The notes under the pieces were generated by a model. The model was not told where the DNA came from. It searched no databases and worked only from the letters and a program-made list of their open reading frames with translations. A stretch of DNA of 62,916 nucleotides, counting the filler, from Octopus bimaculoides (Eukaryota): the NCBI RefSeq assembly GCF_001194135.2. It is 3 parts of 3 records of this genome, joined end to end, with 100 filler letters (N's around TTAATTAATTAA, not from the genome) between each part and the next. Parts side by side here need not be neighbours in the genome. Positions count along the whole stretch, not along the records: positions 1 to 31,236 come from NC_068987.1; 2 more parts are not named here. One strand, given 5' to 3'. How positions within the stretch are numbered: position 1 is the stretch's first letter; each line of letters starts with the position of its first letter. Below are positions 13,288 to 26,930 of this stretch, piece after piece. A program made the position numbers and the translations under genes.

Positions 13288-14432
13288 TTGTGAGTGTGTT
13301 TTCCAGGGACCGTCAAGAAACGTGATTGGAAAGGTTTACGGATTATTCTCAGGTATAAGACAAGAAAGCTTATAACAGAGTGTAAATACGAAAAAGCATC
13401 TGAGGTTCAGTTGATGACCAAGCGGCTGAAGCATTATGTCTACAACTAAGAAAATGAATGCTTGCTGAGATGGTTTTCCACGTCGTTCCCAGCAACTAAA
13501 TTTCACCTTCAGAGCTTTCATTGATGCAGTGCTATGCACCTATGGGTTGATGACATCCAGACTACTGTACATCAGAATCAAACTAGAAATTGCATAGCTG
13601 CAAATCGAACTTTATAGCAACACAAAAAAGCCTGAGTCTATAATTTGATTAAGACCACATTAGATAAAACTCCTCGCGGCAGAGATGCTGAGTCACAAAT
13701 AATATTTACAAGAGTTCTGCTATTTATTTCAAACTTTTATGGGCGTAGAAGCTCATAGATTTAGAGAACCATAAAAAAATATAAAACATACCAACGCAGA
13801 ATGCGACACCGTTACAAGGAGAGGTGGTAGATCTTCGCTAAGATATACAGATTGTTTAACATGACTCCGCTAAATCATGGTAAATAACGTCCAATTTGGT
13901 CAGAATGCAATAAAGCAGCGCTGTGGGCATTTCTATACGCAAACAGACGCCCGAGTGTTCGCGTTCACGAAAACATTGTTTTATTAAACCACACTAATAG
14001 TTCGCATGTACTTAATTTTAATTTTTCTTTACACATACGTTGATTCCAACTTTCTTCTGTCTGTAATAGCATCATGAGTGAAATAGAATTGTATATAATA
14101 TACTAGGGTGTTTAATGGGATGGTATAGATTGTAGGGTAGATAAGAACGATGTACATTCGGGGTGCTTGTATACATGTGTATTGGTATGTGTTGTGCAAA
14201 TATTTATAGACTTCAGACATTGCACTGATATGAACATGTGGACAAGTATAAATGTATTCGTCTGGATATGAGTTATTCTTACGTATTTCCAAGTGTACAT
14301 ACACACAGTCACAAACAATTATACGCAATTATACACCGACTCACACACACACACACACACACACGCATACACCGACTTACACACACACGTATACACCGAT
14401 TCACACACACGTATATATATTTATGTATGTAT

Positions 14433-14475
<43 letters not shown>

Positions 14476-14564
14476 ATATGTATACATTCAATAACATATG
14501 TATATATACTAACCACTATACATCCATGTGTCCCTCCATCCAGCTATCTACCTGACTATCTATA

Positions 14565-14609
<45 letters not shown>

Positions 14610-15875
14610 GTCTGTCTGCCTTTCTGCCTGCCTGTCTGCCTGCCTGTCTTTCTGCTTTTCTGTCTGTGTCTATTACACACACACACACACACACGTACAC
14701 AGACACACACAAGACACTTGCTCACAAATACAAAATCACACGTGCGCACTTGTGTCCGTGTACTTCCACACTGCGATCGTCATCTGAAACCACGGTATAA
14801 ATGCATCATCTGTTTCTGAACATGTATAGAACACTCTACGGGAGCCCAAGATACTGTATATTGAGAGCTATGTAACCACATGTAAACAGCAGCGTCATAC
14901 TTCATCTTTTATAGCTGTACAAATACACACACATGCATATATATATATATATATATATATANNNNNNNNNNNNNNNNNNNNNNNNNNNNNNNNNNNNNNN
15001 NNNNNNNNNNNNNNNNNNNNNNNNNNNNNNNNNNNNNNNNNNNNNNNNNNNNNNNNNNNNNNNNNNNNNNNNNNNNNNNNNNNNNNNNNNNNNNNNNNNN
15101 NNNNNNNNNNNNNNNNNNNNNNNNNNNNNNNNNNNNNNNNNNNNNNNNNNNNNNNNNNNNNNNNNNNNNNNNNNNNNNNNNNNNNNNNNNNNNNNNNNNN
15201 NNNNNNNNNNNNNNNNNNNNNNNNNNNNNNNNNNNNNNNNNNNNNNNNNNNNNNNNNNNNNNNNNNNNNNNNNNNNNNNNNNNNNNNNNNNNNNNNNNNN
15301 NNNNNNNNNNNNNNNNNNNNNNNNNNNNNNNNNNNNNNNNNNNNNNNNNNNNNNNNNNNNNNNNNNNNNNNNNNNNNNNNNNNNNNNNNNNNNNNNNNNN
15401 NNNNNNNNNNNNNNNNNNNNNNNNNNNNNNNNNNNNNNNNNNNNNNNNNNNNNNNNNNNNNNNNNNNNNNNNNNNNNNNNNNNNNNNNNNNNNNNNNNNN
15501 NNNNNNNNNNNNNNNNNNNNNNNNNNNNNNNNNNNNNNNNNNNNNNNNNNNNNNNNNNNNNNNNNNNNNNNNNNNNNNNNNNNNNNNNNNNNNNNNNNNN
15601 NNNNNNNNNNNNNNNNNNNNNNNNNNNNNNNNNNNNNNNNNNNNNNNNNNNNNNNNNNNNNNNNNNNNNNNNNNNNNNNNNNNNNNNNNNNNNNNNNNNN
15701 NNNNNNNNNNNNNNNNNNNNNNNNNNNNNNNNNNNNNNNNNNNNNNNNNNNNNNNNNNNNNNNNNNNNNNNNNNNNNNNNNNNNNNNNNNNNNNNNNNNN
15801 NNNNNNNNNNNNNNNNNNNNNNNNNNNNNNNNNNNNNNNNNNNNNNNNNNNNNNNNNNNNNNNNNNNNNNNNNNN

Positions 15876-15907
<32 letters not shown>

Positions 15908-16099
15908 TACGCACACATATATGTGTGTGTGCGTGTGTATGTGTGTGTGTGGAGGAGAGTAATTTCATTGTTTCTTCCCTTTTTTTCTTGTCTCCTTATT
16001 TATATATTAAACTGTATTGCGTTTGTCAGTTTATATGAGCATAGACTGTTAATACCTATGTTTGTATCTGATCCCTCTTAACTATCTCTCCATCTATCC

Positions 16100-16158
16100 A
16101 TGTATGCACGCAGTCAAGTATGTATGTACGTATGCATATATGTATGTATGTACGTATG

Positions 16159-16192
<34 letters not shown>

Positions 16193-16259
16193 TGTATGCA
16201 TATATGTGTGTGTATGTACGTACGTATATATTATGTCTACCTATTCTATGTATGCATGC

Positions 16260-16314
<55 letters not shown>

Positions 16315-16450
16315 CATTTATCTATTTATCTCTCTCTCTCTCTCTCTCTCTCTATCCATCTCTCTATCCATCTCTCTATCTATCTATATCTATTTGTCTG
16401 TCTGTCTGTTTTTTTTTATGTGTGTCTCCCTGTTTGTCTATCAATCTATC
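16100..16450. repeat. Compound (TATG)n/(TATC)n/(TC)n microsatellite
   Basis: Direct reading. Confidence 0.95.
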
Positions 16451-17177
16451 AAATCACATTCTTTCATCCTTCTCTCACTAAACGTAAACGGCTTCATCGT
16501 TTCTTCACTTTGTTCTATCCACTTTCACTTTCTCTCCTAAGATTTGTCTTCCCCCAACTTTATCCTCTGTACACTCCTACACTACTTCCCATCCTTTACA
16601 TCCTTCTCCGCTGTCACCCTTCACCTATTTTGCCTTCTCCATTACTCTTGTCCCATTCTTCCTTCATTACTTCGCATCCATCTTCTTTTTTGTTTGTTTG
16701 TTTGTTTTCTCTGCTTCTTTCTGTCTCTCTCTGTCTCTGTGTTTCCCACTCAGTCGCTCTGTCTGTCCGTCTCTCCTTCGCTCACTTTATCGCAGAAAGT
16801 CACTTTCATTCTCTTATATGCACACCTCATTAGTTTCAGTATCCGTTAACAAAATATATAAAAGTGAGAGAATGAATGTCATGGGACAAAATAAACTTTA
16901 TTAATGTCAAAGACGCGAAGAAGATCGCCAGAAATGTGTATATCAGAGTTACTTTCCCTTGTTACTCGACAACTGCTGATATGAGAGTTAAAAGAAGTTG
17001 TATACTTGAGCATGTGTATGTGTGTGTCTGTTAATGCGCACATATACATACACTCACACACATGATGTACACATTGTTATATGCATATATGTACAAAAAT
17101 ACACACATACATACCTACATCTACGTATATTCATACATACACAGATTCATACATACGACACACACACATACATAAAT

Positions 17178-17224
<47 letters not shown>

Positions 17225-17613
17225 CACCCCAGCATATATACATATACATACACATGCACTCATATTGTGTCTTTGTGGTGGATATGCGTGTGTAGATAAC
17301 ATTATATCAATACCTGTAGACACTCTCTCAGCGACGTAGCACACAGCNNNNNNNNNNNNNNNNNNNNNNNNNNNNNNNNNNNNNNNNNNNNNNNNNNNNN
17401 NNNNNNNNNNNNNNNNNNNNNNNNNNNNNNNNNNNNNNNNNNNNNNNNNNNNNNNNNNNNNNNNNNNNNNNNNNNNNNNNNNNNNNNNNNNNNNNNNNNN
17501 NNNNNNNNNNNNNNNNNNNNNNNNNNNNNNNNNNNNNNNNNNNNNNNNNNNNNNNNNNNNNNNNNNNNNNNNNNNNNNNNNNNNNNNNNNNNNNNNNNNN
17601 NNNNNNNNNNNNN

Positions 17614-17655
<42 letters not shown>

Positions 17656-17949
17656 GTATCCCTGTATATATGCCTGTGTATTATGAAAAAGTGACGTTTA
17701 AGCGCACACTTTCTCCCATCGTATCTTGATTATATTTTTTTCTTCCCATGTCAAATGAGGCATCAGTCAATTTGGTCTCGTTAGCTGTTCCTCTCAACCG
17801 ATACTCTCAGCCCCACCGGTCATGCCCTACACACCCTAACGCGTCCATCCACTCTCAGCGATCTCTTAAATATTATTATATCAGTGCGGCGCGCATTGCC
17901 GTTTGTCACCTCCTACTCCTTTTCTTCATTCTTCTGTTTCATCAACACG

Positions 17950-17980
17950 ATGAGTATGAGGATGAGGATGAGGATGAAAC

Positions 17981-18032
<52 letters not shown>

Positions 18033-18057
18033 GATGATGATGATGATGGTAATGATG

Positions 18058-18089
<32 letters not shown>

Positions 18090-18105
18090 GATGATGATGA
18101 TGGTA

Positions 18106-18168
<63 letters not shown>

Positions 18169-18172
18169 GTAA

Positions 18173-18269
<97 letters not shown>

Positions 18270-18313
18270 GATGATGGTAATGATGATGATGATGATGGTA
18301 ATGATGATGATGG

Positions 18314-18360
<47 letters not shown>

Positions 18361-18720
18361 GTGAAAATGATGACGATGATGATGAATGTATTCATGATCA
18401 TCACACCAACCATCATCATCTTCCTTCTTGTCCTGCTCTTCTGCATCATCATCATCCTCCTCCTCATCATCGTCATCATCATCACCGTCGTCGTCGTCAC
18501 CGTTATCTTCACCGTCACCAACATCACCATTGCCACTATCACCCACATCATGAGCACCGCCGCCACCACCACCACCACCACCACCACCACCATTACCACT
18601 ACCAGCATCTTCATCAACCAACAACACCACACTATCACTAGCACCTGCACTGCTTCCACTACTAAGGCCACCAGCACTACCACCAGGACTACCACAATAA
18701 CAGCAACATTAGCTGTACCA
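17950..18720. repeat. Long interrupted (GAT)n array followed by (CAT)/(CAC)-type arrays
   Basis: Direct reading. Generates spurious poly-D/M/H ORFs. Confidence 0.95.
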
Positions 18721-19739
18721 CTTTCATGACCACCATCATAACAGCCATAATCACCATCACCATAGCCACAATACACGCTTTTTTTCTTCTCATTTTACAT
18801 CTTTATAGTTCTCAACTTGCCTCATTTTCTTCTTCTTCTTCTTCTTCTTCTTCTTCCATCAGTCTCACCTCCACTCCTTCCCTTCCCAGTTGTTGTTGCA
18901 ATGTCTTCTGTTTTCTGACAGCTCCTTGGAGACTCTGTTACTATCGTCAGAAACCACAGCGACCACTCAATCAATCAATTAACCTCAGACACCGTTTCGT
19001 TGCAGTGTACTTCGTAGCATATACACGGAAACACTAACCGAAGACTACACGCCCACACGCACTCATCAACGCATAAACACACTCACACACACATGCGCGC
19101 ACGCACACAAACATGGATACACACACACACACGCACACATATTCTCTGTGTGTGTGTGCCTCTCTCTCTTCCTCTGCCTTTCTTCTCGAACTTTATCTCT
19201 TCCTTCCTCTTGTTACATCACTTCTTTTCCATCTGAGTGTGTGTACCTATGTATGTATGTATGTATGTATGTATGTATGTATGTACGTACGTACGTCTGT
19301 CTGTATGTATGTCTATGTGTATATATGTATTTATATATNNNNNNNNNNNNNNNNNNNNNNNNNNNNNNNNNNATATATATATATCTGTACGTACATACAT
19401 ACATGCATGTATACATATATACATACATACGTGTATATGTACGTATATATGTATGTATATGTACATATGTTCTCGTTTCGTTTTGCAGATATCTCATTAC
19501 AAATGAAAGAGCCAGTTTCTAATTCAGAACTTAGGATCTTTGATTGGGACCCAGACAGCATTAACAACATATTCATGTATGTATGCAATTACGCATACAT
19601 TTATGTATGTATACACTTACGTGCGTGTATATGTGTGCAAGAAGCATGTAAAAAAAATGGATATCTGTACATTTTAATACGTATATGAACATCTATACTT
19701 GTGTGTAAGTCTTCACGTGTGTAAATTTTCTCACTAATA

Positions 19740-21335
19740 TTTTGGTATATTTTTCTAATATTTTTCATAGTTCCACTGATGGCTTATAGTTGTAATATCT
19801 TAATTAGTCATGTCCTTTCTAATTTGAGAAACACAGTTTCCTATTACTAGTGTTGAGGCAAGGCAAGTGATAGTTATGCCCATAAACCTGATGTTACAGT
19901 CTGCTTGGATTATTCGTAGATTTCTTATAATTACGCCATATATGTTTTCTTTTTCTCTTATCTTTATCGTGATATGAACGTCTGCTGCACAGTTTACTTC
20001 AACAAATGTGCGCCCTTCTATTTCTCTGTCGCTCATCATCATATCTGCTCAGTCAGCCTACATTTTACAGAATCTTTGAGAACATTTCACATGTATACTT
20101 TAATAAAACGGATGAGGCATGTCCTCCACACTACTGCAGAAACATTTTTTTCTAAGCATTACATTGCCACAGTATTATTTCTCATTGACAGATGGTATTG
20201 TGATGACAGTATCAGATAGTTGCGTGCGATATGGATTACATCTTCAGCTCTAATTCCACAGACGTTGCATTGGTTGTTACATCTAGGTTTGTATCTATGC
20301 TGCTATCTCTATTGTGTACCATGCATTTCATTGTTTTCCCTGCGCCTGCCCCGGGCTAAAGTATGCCCTTCAAAGAAAGAGCTAAATATGTCCTCTGTTG
20401 ATCGAAGATGCCCTGCTTCTCCCTGTCACTTTAAAATTATATTACCATGTAATAATGCGAGACATTCAGTCGACAAACATATAACGTTGCATTTGGTCTC
20501 CTGTTGCGGAAATTTTCTGGCTGTCTATTGTGGTTCATCAATCAGGCTACACTTTCCGAGGAACTTGGAACTAAATTTGCTTTGGAAAGCCAATGTAAAG
20601 CAAAATGTAAATAAAAATGTAACGAGAGAAGTAAAAAGAAAACAATTCAACGCCGCTTAATGAAATGTGACGAAGATCTGGTTATCCTTCTCTGTAGATA
20701 TATGGGACAGGAAGGTGTGACTGTTACTGTTAAAAACAACTTTTGTGACAATAACAAATCTCTTCGGGCAGCTCGAATCTGTTACTAAATGATGTGGTTA
20801 ATCTCTTGAGGATACACATTTTAATCCTTGAATTCCCAATAATCCGTTCAGTCACCTAAATAATCACCACGATATCTAGGGAGTGACGTTTCTCTGGAAT
20901 GAAATACATCTATGGACTTCTTCAATATTGCTTTCGACATACAATCTACCACAATTATTGCAAACTATTTAGTACACTTCGTAAGAACATTAGTGCATAT
21001 CCCAAATTAGCTAACATGCATATATCGTTGCTTTCTGTTGCACTTTTCATAGATAGGAATTTACTAACGGGTATCTCGGAGTATATAAATTGTGCATTCA
21101 ATCTCTCCTCATAGACTACTCGATGGATTGCGGCATTGAGCCTATCGTTAACGTATGTCAGTTTTACGAAACATATTCGTTCTTCGCAAGTGTGACACTT
21201 CCTTGCAGGCGTCCGGCCTGCTTCGCACTTACTGAATGATGTCGTGTAACTGTTGCCTTTTGAAGAGTGTATCTTATATACGCAAAAGATATAGCCAGAT
21301 ATACGAAGCACTTAGTGCGAGACAGGATATAAAAC
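19740..21335 (-). mobile_element. Highly decayed RLE-type non-LTR retrotransposon (R4/Dong-like), C-terminal half
   Basis: Minus-strand pieces in the expected order: CNNQCNVCGIRAEDVIHIARNYLILSSQYHLSMRNNTVA (decayed CCHC + RHN), DMMMSDRE..FVEVNCAADVHITIKIREKENIYGVIIRNL (PD-(D/E)xK RLE), LIKILQL*AISGTMKNIRK (C-terminus). Many stops and frameshifts. Confidence 0.7.
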
Positions 21336-21497
21336 ATAAAAAGGATGCAATATATATATATATATATATATANNNNNNNNNNNNNNNNNNNNNNNNNNNN
21401 NNNNNNNNNNNNNNNNNNNNNNNNNNNNNNNNNNNNNNNNNNNNNNNNNNNNNNNNNNNNNNNNNNNNNNNNNNNNNNNNNNNNNNNNNNATTTATA

Positions 21498-21533
<36 letters not shown>

Positions 21534-21608
21534 TATATATTTCTATGGATGTTCACTTTCATATTTTGAGTACAGTTTATTTATATATGCTTGTATGCAT
21601 GTGGTTGT

Positions 21609-21643
<35 letters not shown>

Positions 21644-22115
21644 TGCGTGCCTATGTATGTATGTATGTATGTATGTGCGTGTGCAGATGTACGCATGTAT
21701 TCGTCTATAGATATTTATATGTATAATTTTTCGAAATTGCTAAATTTATAGCCCTGCTCAGTAAAATCGATTGTTAGATTGTGGAAAACACCATGAAAGA
21801 AAGTCTCACACTGATAATTTTGTATATATTACTTACATAAAATGCGTGTAAAGTGTATGTTCATATACGTTTATACACATATATATCTGTGCATAACACT
21901 TTTTGTGCGTGTATGTGTATGAATGCGTGCGTGTGTATGCGTCTATAAGTAGATAATGAGACAAATTTCCAAGATGTGTAACACACTCATTCATCATTTA
22001 TCATTAAAATTCAATATGTGTTTCAGAATCTTGTTTCTGTTGAACTACGAGTTTTTTTAGTGCAAATGTGTCTGTTTGTATCTAAGATTGCATGTGTATA
22101 TATGTGTGTGTATGT

Positions 22116-22361
22116 ATCATCATCATCATCATCATCGTTTAACGTCCGCTTTCCATGCTAGCATGGGTTGGACGATTTGACTGAGGACTGGTGAAACCGG
22201 ATGGCAACACCAGGCTCCAGTCTGATTTGGCAGAGTTTCTACAGCTGGATGCCCTTCCTAACGCCAACCACTCAGAGAGTGTAGTGGGTGCTTTTACGTG
22301 TCACCCGCACGAAAACGGCCACGCTCGAAATGGTGTCTTTTATGTGCCACCCGCACAAGCC
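22116..22361 (-). mobile_element. SINE 3' portion with (GAT)n tail (possibly MetaSINE-like)
   Basis: Minus strand GGTTGGCGTTAGGAAGGGCATCCAGCTGTAGAAACTCTGCCAAA..GGACGTTAAACGATGATGATG. The 5' part is in the gap; the family name is from recall and uncertain. Confidence 0.65.
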
Positions 22362-23079
22362 NNNNNNNNNNNNNNNNNNNNNNNNNNNNNNNNNNNNNNN
22401 NNNNNNNNNNNNNNNNNNNNNNNNNNNNNNNNNNNNNNNNNNNNNNNNNNNNNNNNNNNNNNNNNNNNNNNNNNNNNNNNNNNNNNNNNNNNNNNNNNNN
22501 NNNNNNNNNNNNNNNNNNNNNNNNNNNNNNNNNNNNNNNNNNNNNNNNNNNNNNNNNNNNNNNNNNNNNNNNNNNNNNNNNNNNNNNNNNNNNNNNNNNN
22601 NNNNNNNNNNNNNNNNNNNNNNNNNNNNNNNNNNNNNNNNNNNNNNNNNNNNNNNNNNNNNNNNNNNNNNNNNNNNNNNNNNNNNNNNNNNNNNNNNNNN
22701 NNNNNNNNNNNNNNNNNNNNNNNNNNNNNNNNNNNNNNNNNNNNNNNNNNNNNNNNNNNNNNNNNNNNNNNNNNNNNNNNNNNNNNNNNNNNNNNNNNNN
22801 NNNNNNNNNNNNNNNNNNNNNNNNNNNNNNNNNNNNNNNNNNNNNNNNNNNNNNNNNNNNNNNNNNNNNNNNNNNNNNNNNNNNNNNNNNNNNNNNNNNN
22901 NNNNNNNNNNNNNNNNNNNNNNNNNNNNNNNNNNNNNNNNNNNNNNNNNNNNNNNNNNNNNNNNNNNNNNNNNNNNNNNNNNNNNNNNNNNNNNNNNNNN
23001 CATATATATATATATATATATATATATTTGTGTGCATGTGTGTATCAATGTCTGTATGTAAGCCTATATGTACGTATAT

Positions 23080-23110
<31 letters not shown>

Positions 23111-23467
23111 TTTATATATATAAGGATGTACGTACGTATGTGTATATGTAAGTAAGCAGACGTATATGTATATGTGTATGAATAAAGGTTTTTTGTGTTT
23201 ATGTATGCGTATGCGCTCGTGCCTCAGTATGTGTACGTGGAGGGGGGGATTAGTGTGTGTCTGTGTGTGTGTGTGTGCGTGTTTGTATGTCTGTGCGTGC
23301 ACGTTTACTTAGGCTTCGATCTCTGGGAAATTGTGTGTAATGGAGTATATAGCGTTATGTACGATATCGAGACAGCTTTTCAGTCTAAGTATACATATAG
23401 CTCACACGCATAAATACATACATAATATATACAAATGTATTTATACATACATATTATTGGCTTCAAA

Positions 23468-24105
23468 TTTTAGCACAAGGCCAGCAAAACCCGGAGGTGT
23501 GGGATAGTCGACAACATCGACTCCAGTGCTCATTTGGTACTTATCTTATCGACTCCGAAAGGATGAGAGGCAAAATTGACCCCGTCGGCATTTGAACTCA
23601 GAACGGAAGGTAGAAAGAAATACCGCTAAACATTTTTCCCAGTACGCTAACGATTCTTTTCTACTCTAGGCACAAGACCCGAAATTTTCGGGGAGGGGAC
23701 CAGTCGATTAGAACGACCCCAGTACGCAACTGGCACTTAATTTATCGACCCCGAAAGAATGAAAGACAAAGTTGACCTCAGCGGAATTTGAACTCAGACA
23801 AAATACCGCTAAGCGTTTCGCCCGGCATGCTAACGTTTCTTATTTCTTTATTGCCCATAAGGGGCTAAACACAGAGGGGACAAACAAGGACAGACAAGGG
23901 GATTAAGTCGATTACATCGACCCCAGTGCGTAACTGGTACTTAATTTATCGACCCCGAAAGGATGAAAAGCAAAGTCGCCCTCGATGGAATTTGAACTCA
24001 GAACGTAACGGCAGACGAAATACTGCTAAGCATTTCGCCCGGCGTGCTAACGTTTCTGCTATCTCGCCGCCTTAGCGCGGTAACGATTCTGCCAGCTCGC
24101 TGCCT
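23468..24105 (-). mobile_element. Nested trimer of family A SINEs with three different tails
   Basis: Three bodies: 23468-23656, 23657-23839 and 23840-24074. An orphan head lies at 24081-24105. TAACGATTC is duplicated at 23648-23656 and 24081-24089. Confidence 0.9.
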
Positions 24106-24728
24106 ATTCATGCATATTATTTTTGAAGCAACATATATACCAAAATGGCTGGATCAAATTGTGATTGAACAACGAATTTAGCTTCATAAATAGGGACTCT
24201 GGAGATGATCATGCTATCTGGGACAATTAAAATCTGTATGACCCTCTTAAGGTTAAATGGCTGCGAAATGTATGACGAAGTGTAAATGTTCCCATTTTCT
24301 CGGAAACAATATTATTTATGAGCTTTCCGCTAAGCAGGTGGCCTGTCAGAATACACGCTCTAATTCGGAAGAGTAAACATGTATAACTACTTTCATTCCT
24401 TCATATTTACGAGGTCACACGAAACAAAACAAAATGGAAAGAAGAAAAGAAAAAAACCGCCAATATTCTTTTATTTCTAAAGAAATTAACTACTTAAAAT
24501 TTAACAGTTCTTGTCTCCTTCAAAAATAGCTGTCTTTGCTGTCGATACACCATTCTCAATGTTTGTTTTGAAGCGGATGTCACGAGGCGTTTGAGAGAGG
24601 CACATAGAAGGAAGATGTCTAAAGGTCTGAAAGACAGACAAACAGATGCTACAGCATAATAGTACACCTGCTCACATATGTATGTGTGCGTGAGTTTGTG
24701 TGTGTGTGTCTGAGTGTCTCTCTCTCGT

Positions 24729-24781
<53 letters not shown>

Positions 24782-26584
24782 CATACGTGTGTGTGCGTGT
24801 GTGTGTGTGAGTATCTCTCTTGTGCACATACATATATATATATATATATATATAAATAATATATGAGTATATGCATATATATGTACATGTATGTACATAC
24901 CTTCATCTACAGTATATATAGATGCATATCTGGGTACATGACGTTGCAAAAAAAAACATGGACACAATGATAAACAAAGTACAAAAAACACATAGGCCAC
25001 ATAGAGAACATATCCTTCATCAGCTGCCACCATTATAACACTGGCGTTTCGAAGACATATGTGTGTGTGTGTGTGGGGGGGGAGTGCGTGTGTGAGTGCG
25101 TGTATGTGCATGTGTGTGTGTATCGGAGATAACATTATCTTGCTTGAAACAATAATTACTCTACAGCTGTATTTTCTCTCAATGATACCAAACACTCAGA
25201 TGAATTGATTCAACCCTTACTCCAGATCACTTTCATTTTAATTCCCTAATACCCATGCTTTCCCTTGACTCACTCGGGTGAAGCGTGACTGATAAACACC
25301 CCAGTCTCTCAGCCACATTATGCATACATCTCCTTAGCATCCTACTTTTAAACTTCTATATTAACTCCTGAACTAGCAGGCAAATAAGTACAAACAGCTA
25401 ATTACGATATGCGGATGTTCAAATGAAGCATCGTAAACTAAGTATCGCCATGTATATGATAAACGATACACAATACGTATTGAAGACTTAAGTATTTATT
25501 ATAAATTCCATGCGCATATTTACCCAGAGAATATCTGTGGTTTTTTTTTTATTAGTCTTAACATGAAACTTATTGTAATAATAGTCAACTTTACTTTTAC
25601 ACGAATACACGATCATATGTGTGTGTGTGTGTGTGTACATATATACATGCAAACAAACATACACACAAACCCGCACATACACTTNNNNNNNNNNNNNNNN
25701 NNNNNNNNNNNNNNNNNNNNNNNNNNNNNNNNNNNNNNNNNNNNNNNNNNNNNNNNNNNNNNNNNNNNNNNNNNTATATATATATTTATATATAATATAA
25801 CGTGTGTGTATGCGTGCGCCTGTATGTTCTTGTATATGAGGATCAGTACCTCTTTCAAACATATGCTAAAACATTAATAAAAGATATCCGCTAAATGTTT
25901 TGAAATTTATAGATCTTGTTTTCGTTTATATTTTCTACAACACAACTGTAATACTACAGTTTTATAAAAAAAAAAAAATTAAAATAAAAGTTTATACTTG
26001 TTATTTTCAACATTCACTCACGTGATATATTTTAGGTTCCTGTGTTTGTCTTCGTTTTCCTAGTCTGAATGTATGGTGGCCTTTGTTTTCGGCTTGGCGT
26101 TGTCTGACATCAAACACTGCATGACCAGTTGACTTAAAAAGTCATTGGTGAGGCTATTACTTTTATAACCCACAAATGTCACGATTTGCCATTTGCCTGT
26201 CTATTGAAGTCAGAATGTTTTTGAATCAGTACAGCCGCCACAATCTTCCTGTGCTTCGTTCTATAGCTTAGCGGAAAATATTGCTAATATTTTTTTTAAT
26301 GCTTCTCTATCAAGAATTTTGTTGTGTATTTGTGAAAAATACATGTAAGATGCCCCAGTACTGAGATGCATTATCAGTTGCCTCATGAAACATCACACGT
26401 TTAACACAAAGTAGGACATACATTATAATGTTATCTATTACATGGCATGTGCATTCATATACTACATCAGATACCATTTGTTACAACGACACATATTGAG
26501 ATGCTTGTACAGTCTCTATTCTTATTCACATAGGGTTGCATGTGGGATGTTGACGTACGTTTATTGTTTTATATTTCTTATCCT

Positions 26585-26930
26585 CTTTCTTTCACTTGTT
26601 TCAGTCACATGACTGCAACCATGCTGGGGCACCGTCTCGAAGGGACTTTTTTTAAAGCCTGGTACGTATTCTACTGCACTCTTTTACCGAAACGCTAATT
26701 TTCGGGGACGTAAACACACTAACACTAGTTGTCAAGCGGTGGGTGGGGAGACAAACACAGACACAAAGACACATAGATATATACATATAAACGTCGGGTT
26801 TCTTTCAACTTCCGTCTACCAAATCCGAGGATATAGTGAAAGATACTTGTCTAAGGCGCCAGTGGGACTGAACGGTGAACCATGTGATTGGGAAGCAAGC
26901 TTCTTACCACACAGCCACACCTGCGTCTAC
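26585..26930 (-). mobile_element. tRNA/CORE-type SINE family C with internal microsatellite
   Basis: Minus-strand head GCAGGTGTGGCTGTGTGGTAAGAAGCTTGCTTCCCAATCACATGGTTCACCGTTCAGTCCCAC. Homologous to 52300-52615 and 56010-56225. Confidence 0.8.

Noticed and set aside
17748-18776. Long poly-Asp/His/Met/Ile ORFs (297, 281, 287, 234 aa)
   Set aside because: These are translations of trinucleotide microsatellites, open in several frames on both strands, with no domain content.
22158-22190. CTGAGGA..GAAAC hammerhead-like words in a SINE
   Set aside because: No stem II pairing and no NUH site or stem I.
23468-24105. CRISPR-like repeated motifs
   Set aside because: The repeats are SINE bodies in a eukaryotic context; no spacers and no cas genes.
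24990-25055. Minus-strand GAAAC...CTGATGAAGG motif
   Set aside because: Order and pairing do not fit any hammerhead topology; no NUH.
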